DNA of 64,000 nt, from positions 161,882,001 through 161,946,000 of the forward strand of contig OX597814.1 in the NCBI GenBank assembly GCA_951406725.2. Direction: 5' to 3'. The DNA is from Octopus vulgaris (taxonomy: Eukaryota). Below, in pieces: positions 1 through 9,815 of this stretch; the stretch's first letter is position 1; every line of letters begins with the position of its first letter. A program made the position numbers and the translations under genes. The notes beneath the pieces were generated by a model, which did no database searches, was not told the DNA's origin, and saw only the letters and a program-made list of their open reading frames with translations.

Positions 1-9
1 TTCGTCGAG

Positions 10-83
10 GAAGCGGAGGCCTACCACACGCCGATGATAGGCAATACACCTTGAAACCATGGTCCGTGTGTGGTTTCCGCTTC
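10..83 (+). ncRNA. Type I hammerhead ribozyme-like motif (variant core), copy 1
   Basis: Helix I cacacg(25-30)/cgtgtg(65-70), extended by gaagcgga(10-17)/tccgcttc(76-83). Core ccgatga(31-37); helix II agg(39-41)/cct(49-51); gaaa(53-56); palindromic helix III accatggt(56-63); GUC triplet (62-64), predicted cleavage after 64. Confidence 0.8.
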
Positions 84-369
84 ATCGGGGAATTACCTCC
101 CTTTGCAGGTTTAGGGCACCGTGACGGTGTCGAGCCTTTCTGGTGACGTCGATGTTCGCCTGGGGCTAAATGCAACAGTAACACCCCCACCACCCTGCCC
201 TGTCCCTAGCCATATTCAGATGGCTTTAGTCCCTTATGTTGTCGAGCAGTTACTGTCTATATTCCTTTTAGAGAATTATTATTGCTTTCGAACAGATTTT
301 CGAAATCAGCAAATTTATTTTGCTTGAAAATCTATATAAGAAAATCCTGCAGAGAGAGAATTCGTCGAG

Positions 370-443
370 GAAGCGGAGGCCTACCACACGCCGATGATAG
401 GCAATACACCTTGAAACCATGGTCCGTGTGTGGTTTCCGCTTC
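370..443 (+). ncRNA. Type I hammerhead-like motif, copy 2
   Basis: Identical to 10-83, offset 360. Confidence 0.8.
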
Positions 444-729
444 ATCGGGGAATTACCTCCCTTTGCAGGTTTAGGGCACCGTGACGGTGTCGAGCCTTTC
501 TGGTGACGTCGATGTTCGCCTGGGGCTAAATGCAACAGTAACACCCCCACCACCCTGCCCTGTCCCTAGCCATATTCAGATGGCTTTAGTCCCTTATGTT
601 GTCGAGCAGTTACTGTCTATATTCCTTTTAGAGAATTATTATTGCTTTCGAACAGATTTTCGAAATCAGCAAATTTATTTTGCTTGAAAATCTATATAAG
701 AAAATCCTGCAGAGAGAGAATTCGTCGAG

Positions 730-803
730 GAAGCGGAGGCCTACCACACGCCGATGATAGGCAATACACCTTGAAACCATGGTCCGTGTGTGGTTTCCGC
801 TTC
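730..803 (+). ncRNA. Type I hammerhead-like motif, copy 3
   Basis: Identical to 10-83, offset 720. Confidence 0.8.
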
Positions 804-1089
804 ATCGGGGAATTACCTCCCTTTGCAGGTTTAGGGCACCGTGACGGTGTCGAGCCTTTCTGGTGACGTCGATGTTCGCCTGGGGCTAAATGCAACAGTA
901 ACACCCCCACCACCCTGCCCTGTCCCTAGCCATATTCAGATGGCTTTAGTCCCTTATGTTGTCGAGCAGTTACTGTCTATATTCCTTTTAGAGAATTATT
1001 ATTGCTTTCGAACAGATTTTCGAAATCAGCAAATTTATTTTGCTTGAAAATCTATATAAGAAAATCCTGCAGAGAGAGAATTCGTCGAG

Positions 1090-1163
1090 GAAGCGGAGGC
1101 CTACCACACGCCGATGATAGGCAATACACCTTGAAACCATGGTCCGTGTGTGGTTTCCGCTTC
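1090..1163 (+). ncRNA. Type I hammerhead-like motif, copy 4
   Basis: Identical to 10-83, offset 1080. Confidence 0.8.
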
Positions 1164-1449
1164 ATCGGGGAATTACCTCCCTTTGCAGGTTTAGGGCACC
1201 GTGACGGTGTCGAGCCTTTCTGGTGACGTCGATGTTCGCCTGGGGCTAAATGCAACAGTAACACCCCCACCACCCTGCCCTGTCCCTAGCCATATTCAGA
1301 TGGCTTTAGTCCCTTATGTTGTCGAGCAGTTACTGTCTATATTCCTTTTAGAGAATTATTATTGCTTTCGAACAGATTTTCGAAATCAGCAAATTTATTT
1401 TGCTTGAAAATCTATATAAGAAAATCCTGCAGAGAGAGAATTCGTCGAG

Positions 1450-1523
1450 GAAGCGGAGGCCTACCACACGCCGATGATAGGCAATACACCTTGAAACCAT
1501 GGTCCGTGTGTGGTTTCCGCTTC
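1450..1523 (+). ncRNA. Type I hammerhead-like motif, copy 5
   Basis: Identical to 10-83, offset 1440. Confidence 0.8.
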
Positions 1524-1809
1524 ATCGGGGAATTACCTCCCTTTGCAGGTTTAGGGCACCGTGACGGTGTCGAGCCTTTCTGGTGACGTCGATGTTCGCC
1601 TGGGGCTAAATGCAACAGTAACACCCCCACCACCCTGCCCTGTCCCTAGCCATATTCAGATGGCTTTAGTCCCTTATGTTGTCGAGCAGTTACTGTCTAT
1701 ATTCCTTTTAGAGAATTATTATTGCTTTCGAACAGATTTTCGAAATCAGCAAATTTATTTTGCTTGAAAATCTATATAAGAAAATCCTGCAGAGAGAGAA
1801 TTCGTCGAG

Positions 1810-1883
1810 GAAGCGGAGGCCTACCACACGCCGATGATAGGCAATACACCTTGAAACCATGGTCCGTGTGTGGTTTCCGCTTC
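1810..1883 (+). ncRNA. Type I hammerhead-like motif, copy 6
   Basis: Identical to 10-83, offset 1800. Confidence 0.8.
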
Positions 1884-2169
1884 ATCGGGGAATTACCTCC
1901 CTTTGCAGGTTTAGGGCACCGTGACGGTGTCGAGCCTTTCTGGTGACGTCGATGTTCGCCTGGGGCTAAATGCAACAGTAACACCCCCACCACCCTGCCC
2001 TGTCCCTAGCCATATTCAGATGGCTTTAGTCCCTTATGTTGTCGAGCAGTTACTGTCTATATTCCTTTTAGAGAATTATTATTGCTTTCGAACAGATTTT
2101 CGAAATCAGCAAATTTATTTTGCTTGAAAATCTATATAAGAAAATCCTGCAGAGAGAGAATTCGTCGAG

Positions 2170-2243
2170 GAAGCGGAGGCCTACCACACGCCGATGATAG
2201 GCAATACACCTTGAAACCATGGTCCGTGTGTGGTTTCCGCTTC
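2170..2243 (+). ncRNA. Type I hammerhead-like motif, copy 7
   Basis: Identical to 10-83, offset 2160. Confidence 0.8.
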
Positions 2244-2529
2244 ATCGGGGAATTACCTCCCTTTGCAGGTTTAGGGCACCGTGACGGTGTCGAGCCTTTC
2301 TGGTGACGTCGATGTTCGCCTGGGGCTAAATGCAACAGTAACACCCCCACCACCCTGCCCTGTCCCTAGCCATATTCAGATGGCTTTAGTCCCTTATGTT
2401 GTCGAGCAGTTACTGTCTATATTCCTTTTAGAGAATTATTATTGCTTTCGAACAGATTTTCGAAATCAGCAAATTTATTTTGCTTGAAAATCTATATAAG
2501 AAAATCCTGCAGAGAGAGAATTCGTCGAG

Positions 2530-2603
2530 GAAGCGGAGGCCTACCACACGCCGATGATAGGCAATACACCTTGAAACCATGGTCCGTGTGTGGTTTCCGC
2601 TTC
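2530..2603 (+). ncRNA. Type I hammerhead-like motif, copy 8 (in the truncated unit)
   Basis: Identical to 10-83, offset 2520. Confidence 0.8.
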
Positions 2604-2760
2604 ATCGGGGAATTACCTCCCTTTGCAGGTTTAGGGCACCGTGACGGTGTCGAGCCTTTCTGGTGACGTCGATGTTCGCCTGGGGCTAAATGCAACAGTA
2701 ACACCCCCACCACCCTGCCCTGTCCCTAGCCATATTCAGATGGCTTTAGTCCCTTATGTT

Positions 2761-2791
<31 letters not shown>

Positions 2792-2888
2792 AGAGTGAGC
2801 ACATAAATGTGAAACAAGGTGGAAAAAATAGTACTTGAATACCAGAGGTAGAGTAATATGCTTTATTAAATATAGCAAAAATATCACA

Positions 2889-2934
2889 AAAACCGTTACT
2901 CAGAGTTTCACTTTCCTGTTCGTTGCACAGTTTT
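2889..2934 (-). ncRNA. Degenerate minimal hammerhead-like motif (Penelope-type) in a short repeat between (TA)n tracts
   Basis: Minus strand reads aaaactgt-gcaacga-ac aggaaa gt-gaaa-ctc t gag-ta-acggtttt. Helices I, II and III and the GAAA and GUA motifs are in place, but the CUGANGA box is decayed. Confidence 0.5.
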
Positions 2935-2996
2935 GTATAGAAAACAAAACTGTATATAATATATATTATATAGTATATAAGCATGTATATAATATA

Positions 2997-3052
<56 letters not shown>

Positions 3053-3096
3053 ATATATATAGTATAAATAATATATATGTGTATATGTATACATAC

Positions 3097-3143
<47 letters not shown>

Positions 3144-3209
3144 AACATATATATAGTATAAATAATATATATGTGTATATGTATACATACATTATATATA
3201 TATATATAT

Positions 3210-4159
3210 ATCATCATCATCATCATCATTTAACGTCTGCTTTCCATGCTAGCACGGGTTGGACGGTTCAACTGGGGTCTGGGAAGCCCGAAGGCTGCAC
3301 CAGGCCAGTTAGATCTGGCAGTGTTTCTACAGCTGGATGCCCTTCCTAACGCCAACCACTCCGTGAGTGTAGTGGGTGCTTTTTATGTGCCACCGACACA
3401 GGTACCAGACGAGGCTGGCGAACGGCCACGCTCGGATGGTGCCTTTTATGTGCCACCGGCACGGAGGCCAGGTGAGGCTGGCAACGGCCACGATCGGATG
3501 GTGTTTGTTACATGCCACCAGCACGGAGGCCAGTCAGTGCGGTGCTGGGTACGGCCACGTTCGGATGGTTCTCTTATGTACCACCGGCACTGATACCACA
3601 ATTACAAATTCCATTGATGTTGATCGATTTCGATTTGATTTTTGATTTTCACTTGCCTCAACAGGTCTTTACAAGTAGAGTTATATGTCCCAAGAAGGAA
3701 GGTATGCACAGGTGGACTGACTACGTCCCAGGGAGGGGCCACGGGTTATGGCCTTACTTGTCCTGCCGGGTCTTCTCACGCACAGCATACTTCCAAAGGT
3801 CTCGGTCTCTGGTCATTTCCTCGGTGAGACCTAAAGAGCGAAGGTCGTGCTTCACCACCTCGTCCCAGGTTTTCCTGGGTCTACCTCTTCCACAGGTTCC
3901 CTCAACCGCTAGAGCGTGGGACTTTTTCACACAACTATCTTCATCCATTCTTACCACGTGTCCATACCAGTGTAGACATCTCTCTTGCACACCACAACTG
4001 ATGCTTCTTAGGTCCAACTTTTCTCTCAAGGCACTTACACTCTGTCGAGTATGAACACTGACATTACACATCCATTGGAGCATACTGGCTTCATTTCTTG
4101 CAAGCTTACGCATATCCTCCTGTCACAGCCCATGTTTCACTACCATGTAGCATGGCTGT

Positions 4160-4160
<1 letters not shown>
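3210..4160 (-). mobile_element. RTE-clade LINE, 5'-truncated 3' fragment
   Basis: ORF 3754-4113 has the RTE C-terminus (WYGHVVRM...GRGRPRKTW). The 3' UTR includes ggatgcccttcctaacgccaacc, and the tail reads (CAT)n on the + strand. Confidence 0.92.
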
Positions 4161-4195
<35 letters not shown>

Positions 4196-4473
4196 TATAT
4201 ATACATATACATATATACAATGCATATATGGGTACAGGACATCACCAACAGTAAACAACATGAAATATGAAAACAAATGAGTTAAATACGCAAATAACGA
4301 GAGAAAAAAAGGACAAATAATACAAAGAATGACCCTTCATCAGCTGTCACCTGTCTATCTACTCCCCATTTCAAGCAATCAATAGCAATATGAGTCCTAT
4401 AAATACCAAAATAGAATTTTAGGATTTATGGAGGGTCAAAGTTAGGAATAAAAGCAGGAAAGTTTATGTATAC

Positions 4474-4520
<47 letters not shown>

Positions 4521-4652
4521 CACACACACACACACACACTATATCGTCATCATCATCATCATTTAACATCCCTGATTTTTCATGCTGGCATGAGTTGGAC
4601 ATATATGTATATATCATATATGTTAATGTGTATACATATATATGCATGTATG

Positions 4653-4683
<31 letters not shown>

Positions 4684-4904
4684 ATGCACACACAAGTTAG
4701 TGTGTGCATATCAGTGTCTATATGCAGGCACAAACATATACACACACTGTGATATAGAAATGTATGAGAAATGAGTGAGAATAAGATAGATGCATCAAGA
4801 GAGATAAAGAGTAATAAAGCTTAAATAGAAACAAATACACAAATGGATCTAAACTAGCTTGATAGCAAGTGTAAACAATAGGCAGATGGATGAATGGAAT
4901 GAGG

Positions 4905-4917
4905 AAGAGATGAAGGG

Positions 4918-4956
<39 letters not shown>

Positions 4957-5077
4957 GGAGAGAGAGAGAGAACTAGATGGACTGATGGATAAATAGACAG
5001 ACAGACAAATAGATTGATAGATAGACAGACAGACAGACAGGCAGACAGATAGATAGTTAGATAGATAGATAGATAGG

Positions 5078-5109
<32 letters not shown>

Positions 5110-5400
5110 TAGATAGATAGATAAATAGATAGATAAACAAAGAGAAAGAAAGACGGACAGACAGATAGATAGACAGGCAGACGAACAGGTAGGCAGGCAG
5201 ACAGTCAGACGGACAGGTAGGCAGGCAGGTAGACAGACAGGTAGGCAGGCAGACAGGCAGATAGGCAGGCAGGCTAGCAGGTAGATAGACAGATAGATAG
5301 ATTGACTGAGACAGAGAGAGACGGATATGGTGGGTAAGTGGGTTTCAGAAGGTTGGATGAATTGATAGATGGATGGATGGATGGATGGATGGACAAACAG
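4905..5400. repeat. Compound (GATA)/(GACA)/(GGCA)/(GGAT) microsatellite
   Basis: Directly visible tetranucleotide runs. Confidence 0.95.
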
Positions 5401-5684
5401 TTGGACAGGTGGAAGGTTGATAATTAAATTGAGAGCTAAAGTGGGTATATACTTTGCGCTCACGAATGGTTTATTTATGTGTGGGAAATGGACGATGTGA
5501 AATAATGTTGTATTGGCAGTTTATCATGGCAGAAACAGAAATGAGTGCATGCAATACTTAGGGAGAGAAAGAGAGAGTTCTTCAAAGGAACTAGCAGGAA
5601 AGAAGCTACTTTGTAAACCAATGTAGCATGGTTAAAGTAGATGTTAAAACCATTTTTGAAGAAGACGATTTGTCTAGAGTTAAC

Positions 5685-5685
5685 A

Positions 5686-5724
<39 letters not shown>

Positions 5725-6035
5725 AAGTAGAAGTGATAGTGATGCTGGTAGTGGTGGTGGTAGTGGTGGTGGCAGTGGCAGTGGAAGTGGTGGTAGCAGC
5801 AGCAGTGGTGGTAAAGATGATGATGGTGGTGATGGTGGTAGTGGTGGTGATGGTGATGACGTTGATGGTGGCAGTGATAGTGACAATGGTGAGATGATGA
5901 TGATGATGGCGGTGATGATGATGATGATGGTAGTGGTGGTGGTGGTCGTGGTGGTCGTGGTGGTTGTGGTTTTGGTGGTGGTCGTAGTGGTGGTGGTGGT
6001 CGTGATGATGATGACGGCAGCAACAATAATGATAG
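5685..6035. repeat. Compound (GAT)/(GGT) trinucleotide repeat
   Basis: Directly visible; explains the poly-H/S/T/V pseudo-ORFs. Confidence 0.95.
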
Positions 6036-6627
6036 GATGCTGACATTTGCGATGGCAGTAACAGGAAAGCTTAATGATAGACTTTGTCGACTATATTACA
6101 TTTCACCTGTTGTTTTCCGCCAACAGTCTAAGTGGGAGAGTAGAGATAAAATGGTTGACTGCAGAAGGTTTTATGGCTCATGTGTTCATGAAATACGGCA
6201 GGCATTTCGTTGCGTCTCTGAGTAGCAGATCTTATTCTGCATGGTGTGTGATTCAGATATTCACTTCACTTCACAAGCACGTGGAGTTCTGGGGTCAATC
6301 CTTCTGCACAGCACTTCGATCAAATGCTTTCCACAATGGCTTTGACTGATAAAAACTGTATGAAATCCATATATGTGTGCATATATGGATTTCATACAGT
6401 GTTTGTGCGTTATTTTAGAGCCCACAAGTAGACTCTAAAATATAAAGATATGAAATAAGCACAGGCATGGCTAGTTCAATCCTAGGGAGTGGTATTTTGG
6501 GTATCTTCAACTACAGCCTGAAGCCAACCAAAGACTTGTGAGTGGATTTGGTAGATGGAAACTAAAAACAAGCCAATTGTGTGTGTGTGTGTGTGTGTTA
6601 ATATGTACAATGGTTGTAAATGGTAGA

Positions 6628-6935
6628 GGCGCAATGGCCCGGTGGTTAGGGCAGCGGACTCATGATCGTAGGATCGCGGTTTTGATTCCCAGACCAGGTG
6701 TTGTGAGTGTTTATAGAGCAAAAACACCTAAAGCCCCACGAGGCTCTGGCAGGGGCTGGTGGCGATCCCTGCTGTACTCTTTCGCCGCAACTTTCTCTCA
6801 CCCTTTCTTCTGTTGGCCTGTTCACTTAGCCAGTGGGACGGCATCATTTGAAGGCTAAAAACAATGCGAAATGCATTGTGACCAGCGATGTGTAGCAACA
6901 TCTGATAGCCTGGTCAGTCACGTGGTCACGTGGTG
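6628..6935 (+). mobile_element. tRNA-derived SINE
   Basis: A-box-like tggcccggtggttagg and B-box-like ggttttgattccc. Flanked by a 12-bp direct repeat tggttgtaaatg (6611-6622, 6943-6954). Confidence 0.8.
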
Positions 6936-7232
6936 GTGGTGGTGGTTGTAAATGAGCATCAACATCTTACAAGCAATGTTGTTCTTTTCTAGTTCCCATC
7001 AAAAATATGTTTGGCCATGGGAATTATCACTATGTTTGGAAAAAGAGTAGAGTTGATAACTAACCAGGTATCCAGCCATAAAAAGTCTGCCTCAAGAAAT
7101 TCCATCTGATCCAGGCAAGCATTGAAAAGTGGGCATTAAATGGGGGATGATAGCTGATGATGATAACATTACATTTACAGAGAGTTTTACATTATTTGAT
7201 AATTAATATCATATCTAAAATATGGTATTTAA

Positions 7233-7451
7233 CCCTTTAGCACTTAAACCAGCCATATCCAGCCCTAATATTCTATTCATTTTATGTGCAAACCTACCAG
7301 ATCTGACCTCTCATACCTACTTTACCATGTCATGCTAAAAATAACAATCACTTCATCAAAATTTCAAAGCTGCAAGATAATGCATGATTAGTTCAAAACC
7401 ATGTGAATAAGTAAGCATTACATTTGACAGAGTAAGCTGAATGCTAAAGGA
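7233..7451. mobile_element. piggyBac-type MITE
   Basis: TTAA on both sides; ends ccctttagca...tgctaaagga. Confidence 0.75.
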
Positions 7452-8815
7452 TTAATATGTGTTAAGTATTAAGTTTCAAAGAAATCCACTTCCTTTGAAC
7501 CCTATCAAATATATATATAGTTGCCTCCACAGAGATAGTGGAAAATACATACACACACATAGGTATATATATATATATACACACATATATACACATACAT
7601 ATATATATAGGGAGAATTCACAAAAAAAAACCAAAAGACAAAGACAGGTGGTGTAAAAAACAAACAGATGTAATAGTATAATGCTCGGGAATTGAAAAAG
7701 TTTTTAACACTTTGAGCCTACGCTCTTCCACAGAAAGGAACACAGAAAGAAACAAGGAGAGAAAAAAATGTGTATAGTGGTTAGCAATCTATCATGGTGA
7801 AAGCCGGACAGATATATATATATATCTTCATTTTTCACTATCCCTGTGGAGGCAACTATCTCACATTGGTGTGCAGCCACCAGCATGAAATGGTTGCTTC
7901 CATAGTATTCAATCTTTGTCAGAAAAATCATGTCAAGACCTGTCCATACTCTCTTAAGTTGCCAACCTCTGCCTCCCTTTCTATAAAGCATGCCTTGCAA
8001 GCAGATCTTGCTAATGTCACGAACCACTCTTTTAATGTAGCCAAGCAACTTGAATACTTTATTTTTGCACTTACTTAAAATGAATCCCATACCTCATAAA
8101 ATCAAGCATCTACGACACCTATGCTCTTCCAATAGTTTTATATGGGCCAGAATGTGTCAGATGGGCTTCTTGCATTATAGAAACTGGAAATCTTTCAGAA
8201 TCATATAATGCAACTTATTACTGACACCAAACTCTCAAACCATGTCAGAATTTAGAATTTAAGATCTGAAACAAATAACCAAATTACCAGCAGTCATAAC
8301 TGTCATAAAATATTTTCACATGCATACATATATACCAAAATGTTTTTGGTATTATTATTTACCATTACACATGTTTCATTTGTTAATAGGAATTACAAAA
8401 TAGTATATGTTGGATACATTATTTGATTCTCTATTTGAAAAATTTCTAATAGGCAATTTCTTATATGTTTATCCAACATGTACAATTTAGTAATTCCTAT
8501 GAGCAAATGAAACATGCTTAATGGTGAATAAATAATACCAAACAATTTTTTCAACTTCCTGCTTTGATATATAATTAATTACTCTGCAAGCTACATTTCC
8601 AAAATTTTCAAATCTAATGCATATCTCTCATAAATATAACAACTACTAGATTGTAATACTGGAATAAGCAAATGAGCTTCAAGAAGACAGAGCTTGGATT
8701 TTAATCCTAACTGCATAATAGATAGATAGATTAATAGATAGATAGATAGATAGATAGACACATACATACATACATACATACATACATACATAAATACATA
8801 CATACACAAATACAT

Positions 8816-8846
<31 letters not shown>

Positions 8847-8876
8847 TATATATATATATACATATACATATATATA

Positions 8877-9038
8877 GGTGCAGGAGTGGCTGTGTGGTAA
8901 GCAGCTTGCTTACCAACCATATGGTTCCAGGTTCAGTCCTACTGCGTGGCACCTTGGGCAAGTGTCTTCTGCTATAGCCTTGGGCCAACCAAGGCCTTGT
9001 GAGTGGATTTGGTAGACGGAAACTGAAAAATGCCCATC

Positions 9039-9124
<86 letters not shown>

Positions 9125-9332
9125 ATGTGTGGACTTGTTTGTCCCCCCCCACAACATAGCTTGACAACCGATGCTGGTGTGTTTACGTCCCATCACTTAG
9201 TGGTTCGGCAAGAGAGACCAATAGAATAAGTACTAGGCTTACAAAGAATAAGTCCTGTAGTCGATTTGCTTGACTAAAGGTGGTGCTCCAGCATGGCCAC
9301 AGTCAAATGACTGAAACAAATAAAAGAAAAGA
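8877..9332 (+). mobile_element. tRNA-derived SINE with internal (TA)n (octopus SINE-like family)
   Basis: Head gtggctgtgtggtaag...ggttcagtcc, body ccttgggcaagtgtcttc, tail cagtcaaatgactgaaacaaataaaagaa. Homologous copies at 31615, 37810, 49320-50050 and 51420. Confidence 0.85.
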
Positions 9333-9419
9333 ATATATATATATTGTCACGTAACTGGACCATTAAAAGCTCCCTTCAATCATTGGGTGTTATGCTGTGC
9401 ATGTGAAAAGCTGTTAAAC

Positions 9420-9815
9420 CAATTGAAATCATAGTTGTGACCAATGCCAGTACTGTCTGACTGACACCCGTGCCAGTGGCACATAAAAGGCACCATCTGA
9501 CCCTTGGCTCTCATGGAGGCAGTGATAGGTGACCAAGACCCTTCGTGATATACCATGCCTGTGTTGACCTGTCAAGCCAAGTGAGACCATAGTTGTGGCT
9601 GATGCCGGTGATAGGTCAATGGCACTCATGCCAGTGGCACGTAAAAAGCACCCACTATGCTTTTGGAGTGGTTGGCGTTAGGAAGGGTATCCAGCCATAG
9701 AAACCTTGTCAAATCAGATTAGAATCTGGTGCGCCCCCCCTACCTGGTTAACCAGTTTCAGTCAAACTGTCCAACCCATACCAGCATGGAAAGTGGGTGT
9801 TAAATGATGATGAGG
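9420..9815 (+). mobile_element. RTE LINE 3' UTR fragment
   Basis: ggttggcgttaggaagggtatccagc and the tail gttaaatgatgatga, the reverse complement of the 3210-type end. Confidence 0.75.

Larger units (their letters stand above)
1..2760 (+). repeat. 360-bp head-to-tail tandem array (7 full units plus 240 bp), candidate non-LTR retrozyme
   Basis: The six 60-nt lines repeat identically every 360 bp from 1 to 2520. The last unit stops at unit position 240 (cccttatgtt) and abuts (TA)n. One hammerhead fold per unit. Confidence 0.97.

Noticed and set aside
1-2760. Array as CRISPR, 5S rDNA, tRNA, snRNA or SL-RNA cluster
   Set aside because: No variable spacers or cas genes, and no 5S, cloverleaf or snRNA sequence recognisable in the unit.
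121-2838. Repeated 68/74/73-aa ORFs in the 360-bp array as protein genes
   Set aside because: Short, mostly non-ATG starts, overlapping on both strands and with no recognisable domain. They recur only because the unit repeats.
2955-3210. Local duplication of about 110 bp and YI-repeat ORFs
   Set aside because: Slippage inside a (TA)n field; not coding.
4230-4460. ctgatgaaggg on the minus strand (around 4333-4343) as a hammerhead
   Set aside because: No downstream helix II closure, GAAA or helix III found in the correct order.
5475-6046. His/Pro/Ser/Thr-rich ORFs (also 40796-41146, 50130-50532 and 57014-57380)
   Set aside because: Translations of trinucleotide microsatellites, open in several frames at once.
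6628-6700. tRNA-like heads (also 11660-11736 and 45022-45110) as tRNA genes
   Set aside because: No complete cloverleaf; they continue into SINE bodies, some with TSDs.
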